Shown: positions 11,690 through 25,589 of the stretch, piece by piece | Layout: each line of letters starts with the position of its first letter | Numbering within the stretch: the first letter of the stretch is position 1 | Source of the DNA: Chiloscyllium plagiosum | Taxonomy: Eukaryota | DNA length: 64,000 nucleotides | NCBI RefSeq assembly: GCF_004010195.1 | Contig: NC_057718.1 | Location: 55,274,196 to 55,338,195 of the forward strand | Direction of reading: 5' to 3' | Position numbers and translations under genes: made by a program | The notes under the pieces: model-generated | What the model was told of the DNA's origin: nothing | What the model saw: the letters and a program-made list of their open reading frames with translations, nothing else | Databases searched by the model: none

Positions 11690-14343
11690 TCCTAGAACTC
11701 CATGATTGAATTCTTCCAATCAGTTCTGCACCATTCTTACAGTACTGAAACAGATTTCATCAAAGTCACAAATTATATCCTGTGTAACAGTAATAAAGAT
11801 AGACATGCCATCCTCGTCCCTTCCTGTCTACAGCCTTTGCCACTGTTGGCTATTGTCCTCCTTTGTCCCTCTACTGTCCCTGTTCCCTGGTTTTATTCTT
11901 ACCTATCTAATTACAATCAGAGTATCTATTGAATTGAATTGAATTGAACTTATTGTCACGTGTACCGAGGCACCGTGGAAAGCTTTGTCTTGCGAGCAAT
12001 ACAGCCAGATCACATAGTTAAGCAGCATAGATAGTAAATAGTAGGTGAACAGTGGCAAAAACAAAAAAAAACAGTTAGAGGCGAATGTTAAGGGTTTGTG
12101 AGGCCATTCAGTATTCTAACATAAGTAGGGTAGAAACTGTTACGAAACTGGCTGATGCGTGTTCAGGTTTCTGTACCTTTTCCCCCAGTGGTAGAGGTTG
12201 TAGAAAAGCATTGCCAGGGTGGGATGGATCTTTGAGAATGCTGGTGGCCTTTCCTTGACAGCGGGCCTGGTAGATGGAATCTGTAGGTAGGACGTTGGCC
12301 TTTGTGATTGGCCGGGCTGAGTTCACCATTCTCTGTAACCGTCTCCGATCTTGAATAGTACAGTTCCCATACCAGGTAGTGATACATCCAGACAGAATGC
12401 TCGTGATGGCGCACCTATAAAAGTTGGCAAGGGTATTCGCCGTCATGCCAAATTTCCTCAGTTGCCTGAGGAAGAGATGTTGTTGGGCCTTTGTAACCAG
12501 TGCATCCACATGAAGAGTCCAAGAAAGCTTGTTGTGGATGACCATTCCCAGGAGCTTGAATACTCTCCACCCGTTCCACCTCTACTGTTATTGTGTAGAA
12601 GGGCATGAGTAGCATTCTGCCGAAAGTCAAAAATGAGTTCCTTGGTGTTGCATTGAGAGCTAGGTTGTTCTCAGTGCACCATTTTTCCAGATATTCCACC
12701 TCCCATCTGTAATCTGTTTCGTCACCATCTGAGATTCGACCGACTATGGTGGTGTCATCAGCGAACTTGTTATTGGCATTAGTCTGGTACTTGGCGACGC
12801 AGTCATGGGTATACAGGGAGTACAGTAGGGGGCTGAGTACACACCCCTGGGTGGCTCCAATGTTGAGTGTTAGTGAGGATGAAATATTGTCCTCAATCTT
12901 TACTGATTGTCGCCTGTGGGTCAGGAAACTGAGGATCCAACTGCAGAGATTGGGGCTTAGTCCAACATCACTAAGTTTAGTAATCAGTCTCGAGGGGATA
13001 ATAGTGTTGAAGACTGAACTGTAGTTAATGGGTAGGATTCTTACATAGCTGTTCTTAGTGTCAAGATGTTCAAGGGAGGAGTGATGGGCAAGTGATATGG
13101 CATCTGACATGGCATCTGTTGGTCCAATAGGCAAATTGGAGTGGGTCAAGAGTGATGGGGAGGCAGTAGTTGATTAATACCATGACCAGCCTTTCAAAGA
13201 ACTTCATGACCACCGATGTTAGGGCCACTAGGCGGTAGTCATTGAGACATGCTGTATGAGTCTTCTTAGGCACAGGGATGATGGCGGCCCTCCTGAAACA
13301 GGCAGGGATAGTGGCACAGTAGTTTCTCATCTGCTTCTGCACTGTTAACTCTGGTAATCCTTTAGGATCTATCTTTGGCGCTATTATATCACTCATTTAC
13401 ATGCATCCCTCTCAAAATTGTCATCTAAATGTGCTACTGTTATACCACTTCTCTTAACTCCATCACTGCTAAATTATTAAATAGCTTATTCAATATTTAG
13501 TGCTGAATGAGTAGAGATTTCCTCCAATTAAGAATTAGAAAAACTGACACTATTGTTTTCAGTCACTATGCCAAACTCTCTGTACTCCATCCATCAGCAT
13601 GACAACAGTCTGAGATTAAATGATTCTGTCAAAATTTCAGTGTGACATTTGAGCCTGAGATGACCAATTCGTCATGTAATTGTGCCACTACTAAGACTAT
13701 CTATTTTCACCACTGTAATATCATCTCTGACTTTGCCCTAACCTTGGCTTATCTGCTGCTGAAACCTTCATCCATTCTTTAATTATCTTTTAGACTTGAA
13801 TATTCAAACACCCTGCTGTCAGGTCTCTACATTCTACCTGCTGTAAACCTGATATCATCTAAAACTCTGCTAATTGTGTCTTACACTGCACCAAATCCTG
13901 TTCACCTTTTACTTCTACACTTAATAGCTCCTACACTGCTTCCCAATCAAGCAGTGCCTTCATTTTTGGTTCTCTTCCATGTTTTCAAATCTTTCCATTG
14001 CTTTACCCCATACTATGTCTCTAACCTCTCCAGCTCCATAACCTTCTGACATACCTGCGCTCATCTAATTCTGACCTATTCGATATCACGCCACCATTAA
14101 ACACTTCTCCATTTTGGCTTTTGCTTTCTGTTTCTTAGACCCTAAGCTGTGTAATTCTCTTCCCCCAGTCCCTCTGCTTCTCTATCTTGTTTCGACCTTT
14201 AAGTCTCTTATTAAAACCTACCTTTTTAAACAAGTATCCGGTCATTTGGCTTGTATTCTAATGTGACTCAGTATCATAATTTTGTTTTATAACTAATAGT
14301 TTTATTAAGCTAAATACACTAAATAAATATAAATTGTTGTTGT
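11690..14343 (+). mobile_element. Old L2-type LINE remnant split by the 11930-13320 insertion
   Basis: HSYSTETDFIKVTNYIL resembles L2 HSTETALIKVTNDIL; sequence resumes after 13320; tail aaatataaattgttgttgt at about 14325. Confidence 0.65.
11930..13320 (-). mobile_element. 5'-truncated Rex1/Babar-like LINE (frameshifted RT)
   Basis: Minus-strand ORFs with LNDYRLVALTSVVMK, GATQGCVLSPLLYSLYTHDC, KFADDTTIVG; (ATTCA)n tail at 11930-11948. Confidence 0.88.
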
Positions 14344-16047
14344 AAAACTTATTTTCTAAAGAGATTTCTTTTCACAGAAACACAATACTCCTAGAACTTG
14401 TGGACGGTAATACAATTTTTATTAACATAATAGGTTAAAAAAATGCTGATCGTGTGAACATAATATATTCAAATTCCAACCAAAGCAGATGAGATTTTTT
14501 TTCAGAATTCAGATTTAATTCACTTAACATCTAGGATATTACTCTTCCCAAATAATGTTCTAGGAAGGTAGTGGTCAACAATAGCCTTTGTGTGTCATAG
14601 TTGCTGCAAGTCTGTAGTTTGCTTTCTGTGATTCTTGAAAGCTGTGCTCTTCATTGAGGCCTTAAGGTTTGGCTTCAAGGAGAAAATGATCTTGTTTGAC
14701 TGCAGCAGTGAAATGTTTCAGGAATTTTTCATTCATGACCTTAAACAGACCTCAATAAAGAAAAATAAATGATTTTTTTACCATACATAAATCTTATTTT
14801 GTAATGGTGGGAACAGGCAAATTACTTTTAATGCTGCTGATGTTCTGCCAGTTATTGTGTCTCTGTTTTGTCAAATTAGCAAAGACAAAAATCTTCGGTC
14901 CTTGGGGCATTTTATTTGACAGGCCTAAAGTCCGACTGCTGTGTTCTGTATCTGAATCTGAATTTAATTTATCACCTTGACATTGGATCATTCTTTTGCA
15001 CAAATGATAGTAACACTATGTGGATTCTCTCCAAATTGCTTTCATAAATTGCAAGAATAGGGACAATTTCGGTCAGATTTCCAGAACCAGGACACCACTG
15101 AGTAATGTTTAAAAAAGCATGAAGAATTGCTGGAAATCAGAAACAAAATCAGAAATTGCTGGAAAATCTTAGCAGGCCTGACAGCAGCTGTGGAGAGAAA
15201 GCAAAGTTAACGTTTGGTTCCAGTTACCCTTCTTTAGAGCTGTTCTGATTATAAGCAGAGAACCTTCTTTAATGATATATCTTCCTGTCCCTATGCCATT
15301 ATATTTGGAGACCCCCAAGATCTTTACTTGGTTCAGTCTTATTTCTCATTAATATGCTTCCCCAACTAACTCTTTTAACCCTTGCATTGCTTATGTGGTG
15401 CCAGATTAATGAACCAACATCAAGTCCTGGATTAAACATTAGGAAGACAGGAATCATTATCTTCAGCAGTCCTGTGCAATTTCTATTTTCTGATTTCTAT
15501 CTCAGATTGAACCATAATGTTTGCAACTTTGACATCTTATTTTCCCCTGGACTAAACCTTCCAATTCCAAGGCTGCTCCATCACCAAGATCATAGATTTC
15601 CATCTCAGCAATATCACTAATTCTGCTGCTGTACTCCTAATCCATGTATTTATTACTTCTAGGCACAACCATTATATTGGATACCCTGGATTTTCTCCTG
15701 TTTTACAACCCCTTTAATCTAACCATAGATATCCTAATTTAGTACATTTAGTACTCCAATTAAGTACATCCATCTCTTGTACTTGTTAACCTGAGTTGTT
15801 TGCAAGTGAATAAATGGCTGATTTTAAAAATATTACCTTGTTTTCAAAGCTGTGCATGGTATTGCTGCTCCCATTTCTGATTTTCAGCAGCCATTCGCCT
15901 CTTTGAAAATTTTTAGTTCCTTCTTTTGACCATTTTGTACATCTCTTGTTTCTCACTTCCTTCACCCCAACAGTGGTGATGTCCTTATGTTTAGATCAGA
16001 GTGGTGCTGGAAAAGCACAGCAGGTCAGGCAGCATCCGAGGAGCAGG

Positions 16048-16086
16048 AAAATCGATGTTTCAGGCAAAAGCCCTTCATCAGGAATA
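16048..16086 (-). ncRNA. Minimal hammerhead ribozyme motif, antisense partner copy
   Basis: Reverse complement CTGATGA-A-GGGC-tttt-GCCT-GAAAC-ATC; ACGT palindrome broken by a CpG-type transition. Confidence 0.6.
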
Positions 16087-16473
16087 GAGGCAGGAAGCGT
16101 CCAGAGTGGAGAGATAAGTGGGGGGTGGGGAGAAGGTAGCAGAGAGTACAATAGGTGAATGGGAGTGGGGATGGAGGTGATAGGTCAGAGGGGAGGGTGG
16201 AGCGGATAGGTGGGAAGGGAGATTGGCAGGTAGGACATGTCATGAGGACAGTGCTCATTTCCTCTCCCCCCACCTTACCTCAGTTCCAACCTTCCAGCTC
16301 ATCACTGTTCTCATGACCTGTCCTACCTGCCAATCTCCCTTCCCACCTATCCGTTCCACCCTCCCATTGACCTATCACCTCCATCCTCACCCCCATTCAT
16401 CTATTGTACTCTTTGCTACCTTCGCCTCAGCACCACCCCCATTTATCTCTCCACTCTGGAGGCTTCCTGCCTC

Positions 16474-16512
16474 AATTCCTGATGAAGGGCTGTTGCCCGA
16501 AACGTCGATTTT
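16474..16512 (+). ncRNA. Minimal hammerhead ribozyme motif (Penelope type), intact core
   Basis: CTGATGA (16479-85), A-GGGC-tgtt-GCCC stem II, GAAAC (16499-503), GTC triplet (16504-06); palindromic ACGT in place of stem III. Confidence 0.75.
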
Positions 16513-16626
16513 CCTGCTCCTCGGATGCTGCCTGCTGTGCTTTTCCAGCACCACTCTGACCTAAACTCTGGTTTCCAGCATCTGCAGTCCTCAATTTTGC
16601 CTAGTGTTGTCTTTCTGTCAACTCTA

Positions 16627-16915
16627 GGTGGCATGGTGGCTCAATGGTGAGTGCCAGGGACCTGGATTTGATTCCAGCATCGGGTGACCGTCTGTATGGA
16701 GTTTGCACATTCTCCCCATGTCTGCATGGCTTTCCTTCAGGTAATCTGGCTTTGTCCCACAGTCCAAAGATGCGCAGGTTAGGTGGATTGGTTGTGCTAA
16801 ATTGGCCATAGTGTTTGGGAAGTGCGGGGTTACAGGATGAGGCTAAGTGGGATGCTCTTCGGAGAGTTAGTGTGGACTGAATGGGCCAAATGGCCTGCTT
16901 CCACTCTGTAGGGAT
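16627..16915 (+). mobile_element. HE1/V-SINE-like SINE
   Basis: ggtggcatggtggctca head; ggagtttgcacattctcccc body; ggcctgcttccac tail. Confidence 0.82.
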
Positions 16916-19857
16916 TCGATGAAGGTGAAGGGGCTTCTCCTTAAAGCTAGTTTCGATGCCCCCCTCCCTGCACAATTCCACCTTCTCCGTGAAGAAGCTC
17001 CTTCTGATCAAATGTCTGGTTTCATAGCTGAATATCTCCTTTTCCTCTGTGTAAATGTCAACGTAGTTATGCTCCTCTTAAGCACCTCGGAATGTTTCAC
17101 TAATAAATCTTGCATCGATAGTGTTTTCATAGTAAAGTTACTTGAATTAAGACATAGATATTGAAAATGGTATTAGTCCTAACACCATCCCAGCTCTAGT
17201 ACTGAAGACACACTCCAGAGATGGCTACACTCTTTGCTACGCTTTTCCAGTGCAGCCACAATACTGCCATTCACCTAATGATGTGGAACATTGCCTAGCT
17301 ATCTTCAGTGCACAAAAGAAAGGACAAATCCAATCTAGCTAATTACTATTCCATCAGTCTGTTCTCATTCAGCAGCAAAGTGACAGACAGAGTTATTGGC
17401 AGTACCACAAAAAGGCAATAATCTTCCCATTTATTCTGAGTTCGTCTTACCTGGACTACTCAGCTCAGACCCCTTTCTCAGTCTTATTCTGGTGAATGGT
17501 TCTGCATGACAAATCACAGTAGTGGATAAGTTGAAGAAGATAGGTTATCCCTCCTGAAATTGAAGAGTGCAAAGAAGTTTATGATGAAATTAAACTGAGT
17601 AAATATGGATAAACTAATTCATAACCTCAGGATGCAGATTTAAGCTAATTGGTTAAAAAGAAATCATCCATAACATGAGGGCAAACCATCTTGATACAGT
17701 GAGTGGTTTGGATTTGGAATGCACTGCTTGATAGGGTGGTGGAAACAGATTCAATTAGTGTCTTTCAAAGGGACAATTGGATAAAACCTTGAAGGTGGAA
17801 AAAATGTCGAGATAGTGGGGAAAAAGCCAGGATGTAAGCTCAGATAGATCACTGTTCAAAAGAATTGGCACAAACCCAGTGGAAAAAGAGCTCCACGCCT
17901 GTGTTGTAATTTTCTATGATTCTACATGAGAGAGTTTTTAATTTGAGGCATCTGTTCTAACTAGACCATTTAGAGCAGTTTGACAAAAATTGTACATTTG
18001 GTCGCTATAGTGGGGAACAAGGAATTAAACAATATGTATGGACGGATTCAAAAGCTTCTCAGATTGCATCGGAAAAGTTTCCCATCTGCAATGCACTAAT
18101 TTGTAGATTTTAATGATTGTCGTAGTAAGATACAGTGCCTCCAAGAAGAGAAGGGAAACAATGAGTATAGATACCACTCCTGATTGGCAATTGATAATTT
18201 ATCCTGGTATATTTGAATGGTCATAGGATTTGGCAAGGCAGTGGCACCTATGAGGAATGGAATTTGCAGACACACTCATTATTAAGATTATATGTTAAGT
18301 AAATGAAAGCATGCTGTAATTATAAGATGTGCATAGTTTCTGTATTCTCCTTTGAAAATCTGCCAGTATTCATACTATTGAATTAACAGCGTGCTTTCAT
18401 ACTGCATGGTGTAAAATATTAACTAGGGAGGTTTTATGTTCAGCAGTGAGGCCACTGGCTCCTGATGCATAGGTCTCAGATAGCTGTTTATAATCTCTAA
18501 ATCCCAGATTCATTAAAATTCTTAGTTATGTATATCAGTAGAACTCATCTCTAACCTTGGCTGTCATGAAAATGAATCTTTAGCCACAGAGTTATTTGAC
18601 AAGTTTTACTTTTAGTATTGCTACAAGCTAAATGAGACCCATCTTTGACAAGTCATCTCAGAAGCACTAATGCCTTTTTTCGAGTTTGTCCAAAATTTTG
18701 GAACTATATTATTCTTTTAATCTGTACATCCCATCCATAGTCAGTCTACTAGATGTAAGAAAGAAAAGTTTGTCCTTTATAACCCATTTTTCTTTGCTAA
18801 TGGACTTTTTAATTGCATGTGCCTCATTTGTTGTGCATAATTGTTCTTCAGCATGTACCTGCCTATATGTACTGCTTCAATAAATATTGACTGGGAGCCA
18901 AATCAATTTGATGCAGGAGAACAGTGGTGGGTTATGCTGAATCTGTTTTTATGTAATAATCTCAAATTAATACAAAGGAAGACAGTCGGATTGATATCTT
19001 CTTGGAAATATTTGACTGCTGTGTTGGGTGGTGACCTGAGTGCAAACTTTGCAAGTTCTGTCATTTATAATGGTTGGCAGTTGCAGTATAATCACTAATC
19101 ACTGAAATGACCCCAGCATCCTACTTGCTGTGATTCCTTTGCCTGTTCACTGTTATGAATTTTAGCCTTTTTCTGATGAATGAAATATGACGTCAACCAG
19201 AAGGAATCAAGTATGCATCTTATGTTCCAGTGACACAATTTGAGTTTGATCTCTAACTTTAACCTCAGGCCTGATTGCTGACAAACATTTCCAGAGGCAG
19301 AAGGAACCCGGATATTTATCTTTGTTTTCTTTTGACTTCCATGTCGGCCAGGAAGAGCAGGGATCCTTTGTTGGACTCCAAAAACAAATTGCATGTTTCC
19401 TCCACATTGAGTATTCCTTCCTCTACCATGATCACCATACCGTCAGTCCTTCTGCCTAGCCACATTCCTGTTCATCTAGGGCCATTCCTTAAGGACCCAA
19501 TAATGTCCAGCCTCTGAAATCCTACTCCCACTTGACCATAGGCTAATCATTCCCAGCAAGTGTGACATTTCATTTCTGCCCATTACAACCACCCAACTGT
19601 GTTTTCTTCACTCACCATCTGCTTCCAATTATGTCTGGAGTTTTCCTTTTAACATAAGAAGCGCTACAGAAAGCCAACTGGTAAGCAATTAAAATTGAGT
19701 CCTAAAATCCAGTGAAAAGTACTTTGGTTCTAGGTGTCACAGCACATCCTGTCAAAACGTTCTGTCCTTGTGTTCACACTCATCACTTATTCAGACAAGC
19801 TGCTGCTGCATCTTTGCGCAGTTGCAAAACTATCGATTATGCCTATGAAATGCTTAT

Positions 19858-22800
19858 AGAGTTATAAAGATGTATAGCATGGAAACAGATTCTTCAGTAC
19901 ATTTCGTCCATGCTAACCAGATATCCCAAATTAATTTTGTCCCATTTGCCAGCAATTTGTGCATATCCCTCTAAACCCTTCCTATCCATGTTCCCATCCA
20001 GATGCCTTTTTAAATGTTGTAACTGTATGAGTGTCCACTGCTTCCGCAGGCAGCTCATTCCATACACGTACCATCTTCTGCATGAAAATGTTGCCCCTTA
20101 GGTCCCTATTAAATATTTCTCCTTTCACCTTCAATCTGTGCCCTCTAGTTTTGGACTCCCCTACCCTGGGAAAAAAGATCTTGGCTGTTCACCCAATCCA
20201 TGACCCCTATGATTTTATAATCCTCTGTAAGGTCATCCCTCAGCCTGTAATGGTCCAGGGAAAATAGCCCCAGTCTATTCAGCCTCTCCCCATAGCTCAA
20301 ACATCCTTTATAAATCTTTTCTGAATCTTTTCAACTTTAACAACATCTTTCCTATAGCAGAGAGACCAGAATTGAATGCAGTATTACAAAAGTGTCTTAA
20401 TCAATCTCATGTCCGCAATATGACATCCAAATTCCTATACTCAGTGCACTGACCAATGAAGGCAAGCGTGCCAAATGCCGCCTTTACCACCACATCTACC
20501 TGCAACTCTACTTTTGAAGGAACTGCGAACCTATACTCTTTGTTCAGCAGCACTCCCCAGAACCTTACCATTAAGTTTGGAAGTCCTGCCCTGATTTGCC
20601 CTGAACACATCACAGTTATCGAAACACATCACTGAACACATTACATTTATCCCTCTGTCACTCCACAGCACATTGGCCCATTTGATCAAGGTCCCGTTGT
20701 ACTCCAAGATGACCTTCTTCATTGTGCACTACACCACCAATTTTGGTGTCTTCTGCAAAGTTACGAACCATAACTCCTGTATTCACATCAAAATCATTTA
20801 TATAAATGACAAAAATCAGTGAACAAGCATCGATCCTTGCGGCACACCACTGGTCACAGGCCTCCAGTCTGAAATGCAACCCTCCACCAACATCCTTTGT
20901 CTCCTGTCTTCAAACCAATTTTGTATCCAAACAGCTAGCTCTCCAGATATTCCAAGTGATCTAGCCTTGCTAACAGGTCTATCAAACAGAACCTTGTCAA
21001 ATGGCTTGCCGAAGTCCATCTAGACAATGTCCACCCCTTTGTCTTTGTTCATCTTCTTTATCACTTAGAGTCCTAGAGATGTACAGAATAGAAAAAGACC
21101 CTTCAGTCCAACCAGATGTCCTAAATTAATCTAGTCCCATTTAGCTTGGCCCAAATCCCTCTTAAATCCTTCCTATACGTATACCCATCCAGATGCCTAT
21201 TAAATATTGTAAGTGTACCAGCATTCACCACTTCCTCTGGCAGCTCATTCCATATACACACCACCCTCTGCTTGAAAACGTTGGCCCTTAGGTCTCTTTT
21301 CAATCTTTGCCCCTCACTCTAAACCTATTCCCTTTAGTTCTAGACTCCCCAAGTGCGAGTAAAAGGCCTTCTCTATTTACCCTATCCATGCCCCTCATGA
21401 TTTTATAAACCTCTATAAGGTCACCCCTCAGCCTCCAGCGCTCCTGGGGAAACAGCCCCAGCCTTATTCAGCCTCTCCCTATAGCTCAAATCCTTCAATC
21501 GTGGCAACATCCTTGTAAATCTTTTTTGAACCATTTCAAGTTTCACAACATCTTTCCTATAGAAAGGAGACTAGAACTGCACACAATATTCCAAAAAGGG
21601 CCTAACCAATGTCCTGTACAGCATGACCTCCCAACTCCTATATTGAGTGCTCTGACCAATAAAGGAAAGCATGCCAAGCATCTTCTTCACTATCCAGAGA
21701 AAGTATATTCCTGTTAGGGTGAAATGAAAGACTGATAGGAACAGGGAATGCTGGATGACTAAAGAAATTGAGGGTTTAGTTAAGAAAAAGAAGGAAGCAT
21801 AAGGTTTCGACAGGATAGATCGAGTGAATCCTTAGAGTATAAATAAAGTAGGAGTATGCTTAAGAGGGAAGTCAGGAGGGCAAAAATGGGACATGAGATA
21901 GCTTTGGCAAATAGAATTAAGGAGAATCCAAAGAGTTTTTACAAATACATAAAGGACAAAAGGGTAACTAGGGAGAGAAAAGGGCCCCTCAAAGATCAGC
22001 AAGGCAGCCTTTGATTGGAGCCACAGAAAATGGGGGAGATACTAAATGAGTATTTTTCATCAGTATTTACTGTGGAAAAGGATATGAAAGATATAGACTG
22101 TTGGGAAATACATGGTGACATCTTGCAAAATGTCCATATTACAGAGGAGGAAGTGCTGGATGCCTTGAAACGCATAAAAGTGGATAAATCCCCAGGACCT
22201 GATCAGGTGTACCCTTGACCTCTGTGGGAAACTAGAGAAGTGATTGGTGGGCCTCTTGCTGAGGTATTTGTATCATCGATAGTCACAGGTGAGGTGCCGA
22301 AAGACTGGAGGTTGGCTAACGTGGTGCCACTGTTTAAGAAGGGTGGTAAGGACAGCCAGGGAACTATAGACCAGTGAGCCTGACGTCGGTGGTGGGCAAG
22401 TTGTTGGAGGTATCCTGAAGGACAGGATGTACATGTATTTAGAAAGGCAAAGACTGATTAGGGATAGTCAACATGGCTTTGTGCGTGGGAAATCATGTCT
22501 CACAAACTTGATTGAGTTTTGAAGAAGTAACAAAGAGGATTGATGAGGGCAGAGCGGTAGGTGTGATCTATATGGACTTCAGTAAGGCGTTCGACAAGGT
22601 TCCCCATGGGAGACTGATTAGCAAGGTTAGATTTCACGGAATACAGGGAGAACTAGCCATTTGGATACAGAACTGGCTCAAAGGTAGAAGACAGAGGGTG
22701 GTGGTGGAGGGTTGTTTTCCATACTGGAGGCCTGTCACCAATGGAGTGCCACAAGGATCGGTGCTGGGTCCTCTACTTTTTGTCATTTACATAAATGACT

Positions 22801-23740
22801 TGGATGCGAGCATAAGAGGTACAGTTAGTAAGTTTGCAGATGACACCAAAATTGGAGGTGTAGTGGACAACGAAGAGGGTTATCTCGGATTACATCAGGA
22901 TCTGGACCAGATGAGCCAATGGGCTGAGGAGTGGCAGATGGAGTTTAATTCAGATAAATGCGAGGTGCTGCATTTTGGGAAAGCAAATCTTAGCACGACT
23001 TATATACTTAATGTACAGGACATTGGTTAGGCCACTGTTGGAATATTCGTGCAAATCTGGTCTTCTTCCTATCAGAAAGATGTTGTGAAACTTGAAAGGG
23101 TTCAGAAAAGATTGGGTATATGAATAGGAAGGGTTTGGAGGGATTTGGCCGGGTTTCACAGGTGGGACTAGATTGGGTTGGGAAATCTGGTCGGCTGAGA
23201 TGGTTTGGACCGAAGAGTCTGTTTCCATGCTGTACATCTCTACGACTCTATGACTCTATCTATCTTCAACTCCACTTTCAAGGAACTATGAACCTGCACT
23301 CCAAGGTCTCTTTGTTCAGCAACACTCACCAGGACCTTACTATTAAGGGTATAAGTCCTGCCCAAAATGCCTTTCCAAAATGCAGCACCTTACATTTATC
23401 GAAATTAAACTCCATCTGCCAGTCCTCGGTCCATTGGCCTATCTGATCAAGATCCCATTTAACTCTGAGGCAACCTTCTTCGCTATCCACTACACCTCCA
23501 ACTTTGATGTCATCCTCAAACTCACTAACTATACCTCCTATGTTCACATCCACATTATTTATATAAATGACGAAAAGCAGTGGACCCAGCACCAATGCTT
23601 GTGGCACACCACTGGTCACAGGCCTCCAGTCTGGAAAGCAACTCTCCACCATCACCCTCTGTATTCTACATTTGAGCCAGTTCTGTATCCTTTCTATATA
23701 TGAGATAAGCTCAGAGTCTCTATGACTCTAAGTCTATGAC
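19858..23740. mobile_element. Nested CR1 cluster: minus copy about 19858-21065; minus copy 21067-21695 resuming at about 23258-23690; plus copy 21696-23257 inserted between
   Basis: RT motifs YMDFSKAFDKVPH, GVPQGSVLGP, FADDTK on both strands; (CTATGACT)n tails at about 19858, 21067, 23240 and 23720. Confidence 0.88.
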
Positions 23741-24479
23741 TGGTTCAATAATTGGGTATTTATGGGTACAATTTGTGCTGTTGTGTAAACTCACGTCACA
23801 AAGAGAAATCTTTTAAGCTTGCTGTAAATTTTCTCGAAAGCACAGACAGCGCACACTTCCAGGAGTTCCCAAAGACAACTTCACTGTTAAGACTGGACAC
23901 ATTTTCTTTGTAGAATTATATTTACATATGTAACATGTTGGCTGTGGTTACTAATATTTAGTTGAAAAATGTACGCATGGTGCAATTTCATATTAAAGCA
24001 TGCCTTGGTGCCCTGCACTCTTTCTGCCAACCCTGGCCACCAGTATTTCTCACCACATCCTGAAATCTCTTGACCGATCTTCAGATTGGCAGGCCTGACT
24101 AGCCTTTCATAAAAGGAAATCACCCCCCACCCCCAGGACATTCAGAATGTATTGCGGATTTTCTTTTTCTTATACCAATGCTATTTTTGCACCAGACAAA
24201 AAGAGCTCCCTCCAATCGTACTTTTTTTTTGTCATTTGTGTATCCCCGTCTACAGTTTGAGGTTATCCAAGGTTAGGATGAGCTGGATTGGTGATTACCA
24301 CGGTCACCAATTCCCAATGATTGACTGAGTTCAGGTCAGTGTCTGTTTATATTGTATGAGGTTATTTTTTATTTCTGGTCTTTGGGATCATATTCTGTAA
24401 ATTGTAATTTTCTCAGAAAAATAGGATATCAGATTAAAAAAAAAATGTTCTTGTCAAAACCTTCCTTACCTCCTGGAAT

Positions 24480-25020
24480 TACGTAATAGGAGCATTAGCA
24501 GACCATTTCAGCCCCTCAAGCCATTCTGTAAGATCATGGCCAATCTGCCCCAGGCCTCAACTCCTCATAACTCCCCGATTTTTCAAAAATCTATCTCCTC
24601 TTTAAACATTTCAGTCATGTAACCTCAGCAACTCTCTGGGGTAGAAAATTCCTGACATTCATTATCCCTCAGGAGAAGAAAATCCTTCACCTCTCAAATC
24701 TAAGCGAGTGTCCCTTCGTTCTGTAACCAATCTCCGTGGTTTGAGACTCCCGCACTCGGGGAAACATCTGCCATGTCAAACCCCCTTGGCATCTTGTACA
24801 TTTCAAGAACATCACCCCATTCTTCTAACCTCTAACCAGTAATGGTCGAACCTGTTCAGTTTTTCAGAACATGTTAACCCTCTTCATCCCAGGAATTAGC
24901 CAGTGATTCTCTTTTTGAAAAGCCTCCGATGCCAGTATATTCTTTCTTCCAAAAACAATAGCAAAAGGTGTTCACTGTAGACCAGGTATGGCCTCACAAA
25001 CACCCTGTACAGTTCTTACA
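24480..25020 (-). mobile_element. Old CR1 3'-end remnant
   Basis: ccatttcagcccctcaagcc tail-side signature; catcccaggaattagcc (RLIPGM in reverse). Confidence 0.6.
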
Positions 25021-25199
25021 AGACTTAGACACCATCGATGTTGGTCTTCCCTTTAAATAATTCCTATATTGAATGAATCATTTTTTCAATTGTCTTCCAG
25101 TGGAAAGGTCTGTGGAGAATTGGGCTCCTAATCAATGTTGCTACTACAATGTAATGATATGCCACTCTTGCCTCATGTTCACTCCAGTCACCCCTTCAT

Positions 25200-25525
25200 G
25201 GGCGACACAGTGGCTCAGTGGTTAACACTGCTAACCTGCAGTGCTAGGGACCCAGGTTCGATTCCAGCCCTGGGTGACCTGTCTGGTGTTTGTGTGTTCT
25301 CTTTGTGTGGGTTTCCTCCCACAGTCCAAAGATTTGCAAGTTAGGTGGATTGGCCGTGCTAAATTGTCCATAGTGTCCAGGTATCTATGGGCTAGGCTGG
25401 TTAGCCATGAGCAATGGAAGGTTATAGGGTATGGGAGGTGGGTCTGAGTGGGATGCTGTTTGGAGGGTCAGTGTGGGCTCGATGGTCCGAATGGCTTGCT
25501 TCCACACTGTAGGGGTTTTGCCATT
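25200..25525 (+). mobile_element. HE1/V-SINE-like SINE
   Basis: A box tggctcagtgg, B box ggttcgattcc, shared body and tail. Confidence 0.82.
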
Positions 25526-25589
25526 CTAATCATCTGTGAAGCAGGTTGGGACAAGCTTGGCTCATGAGAGGCACTATACAGATGCAAAG

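Larger units (their letters stand above)
15989..16602. mobile_element. Penelope-derived fold-back element (about 265-bp inverted arms) with two hammerhead motifs
   Basis: 15989-16253 is the reverse complement of 16303-16566; unpaired tail tctggtttccagcatctgcagtcctca; the same 3' sequence follows GIY-YIG remnants at 63850-64000. Confidence 0.88.

Noticed and set aside
11930..11948. CRISPR-like or satellite arrays from (TGAAT)n, (ATCTA)n, (CTATGACT)n
   Set aside because: Short retroelement 3' tails; no spacers; eukaryotic context.
12415..13149. 244-aa RT ORF as a retron or domesticated reverse transcriptase
   Set aside because: Frameshifted, truncated Rex1-like LINE with sibling copies in the window.
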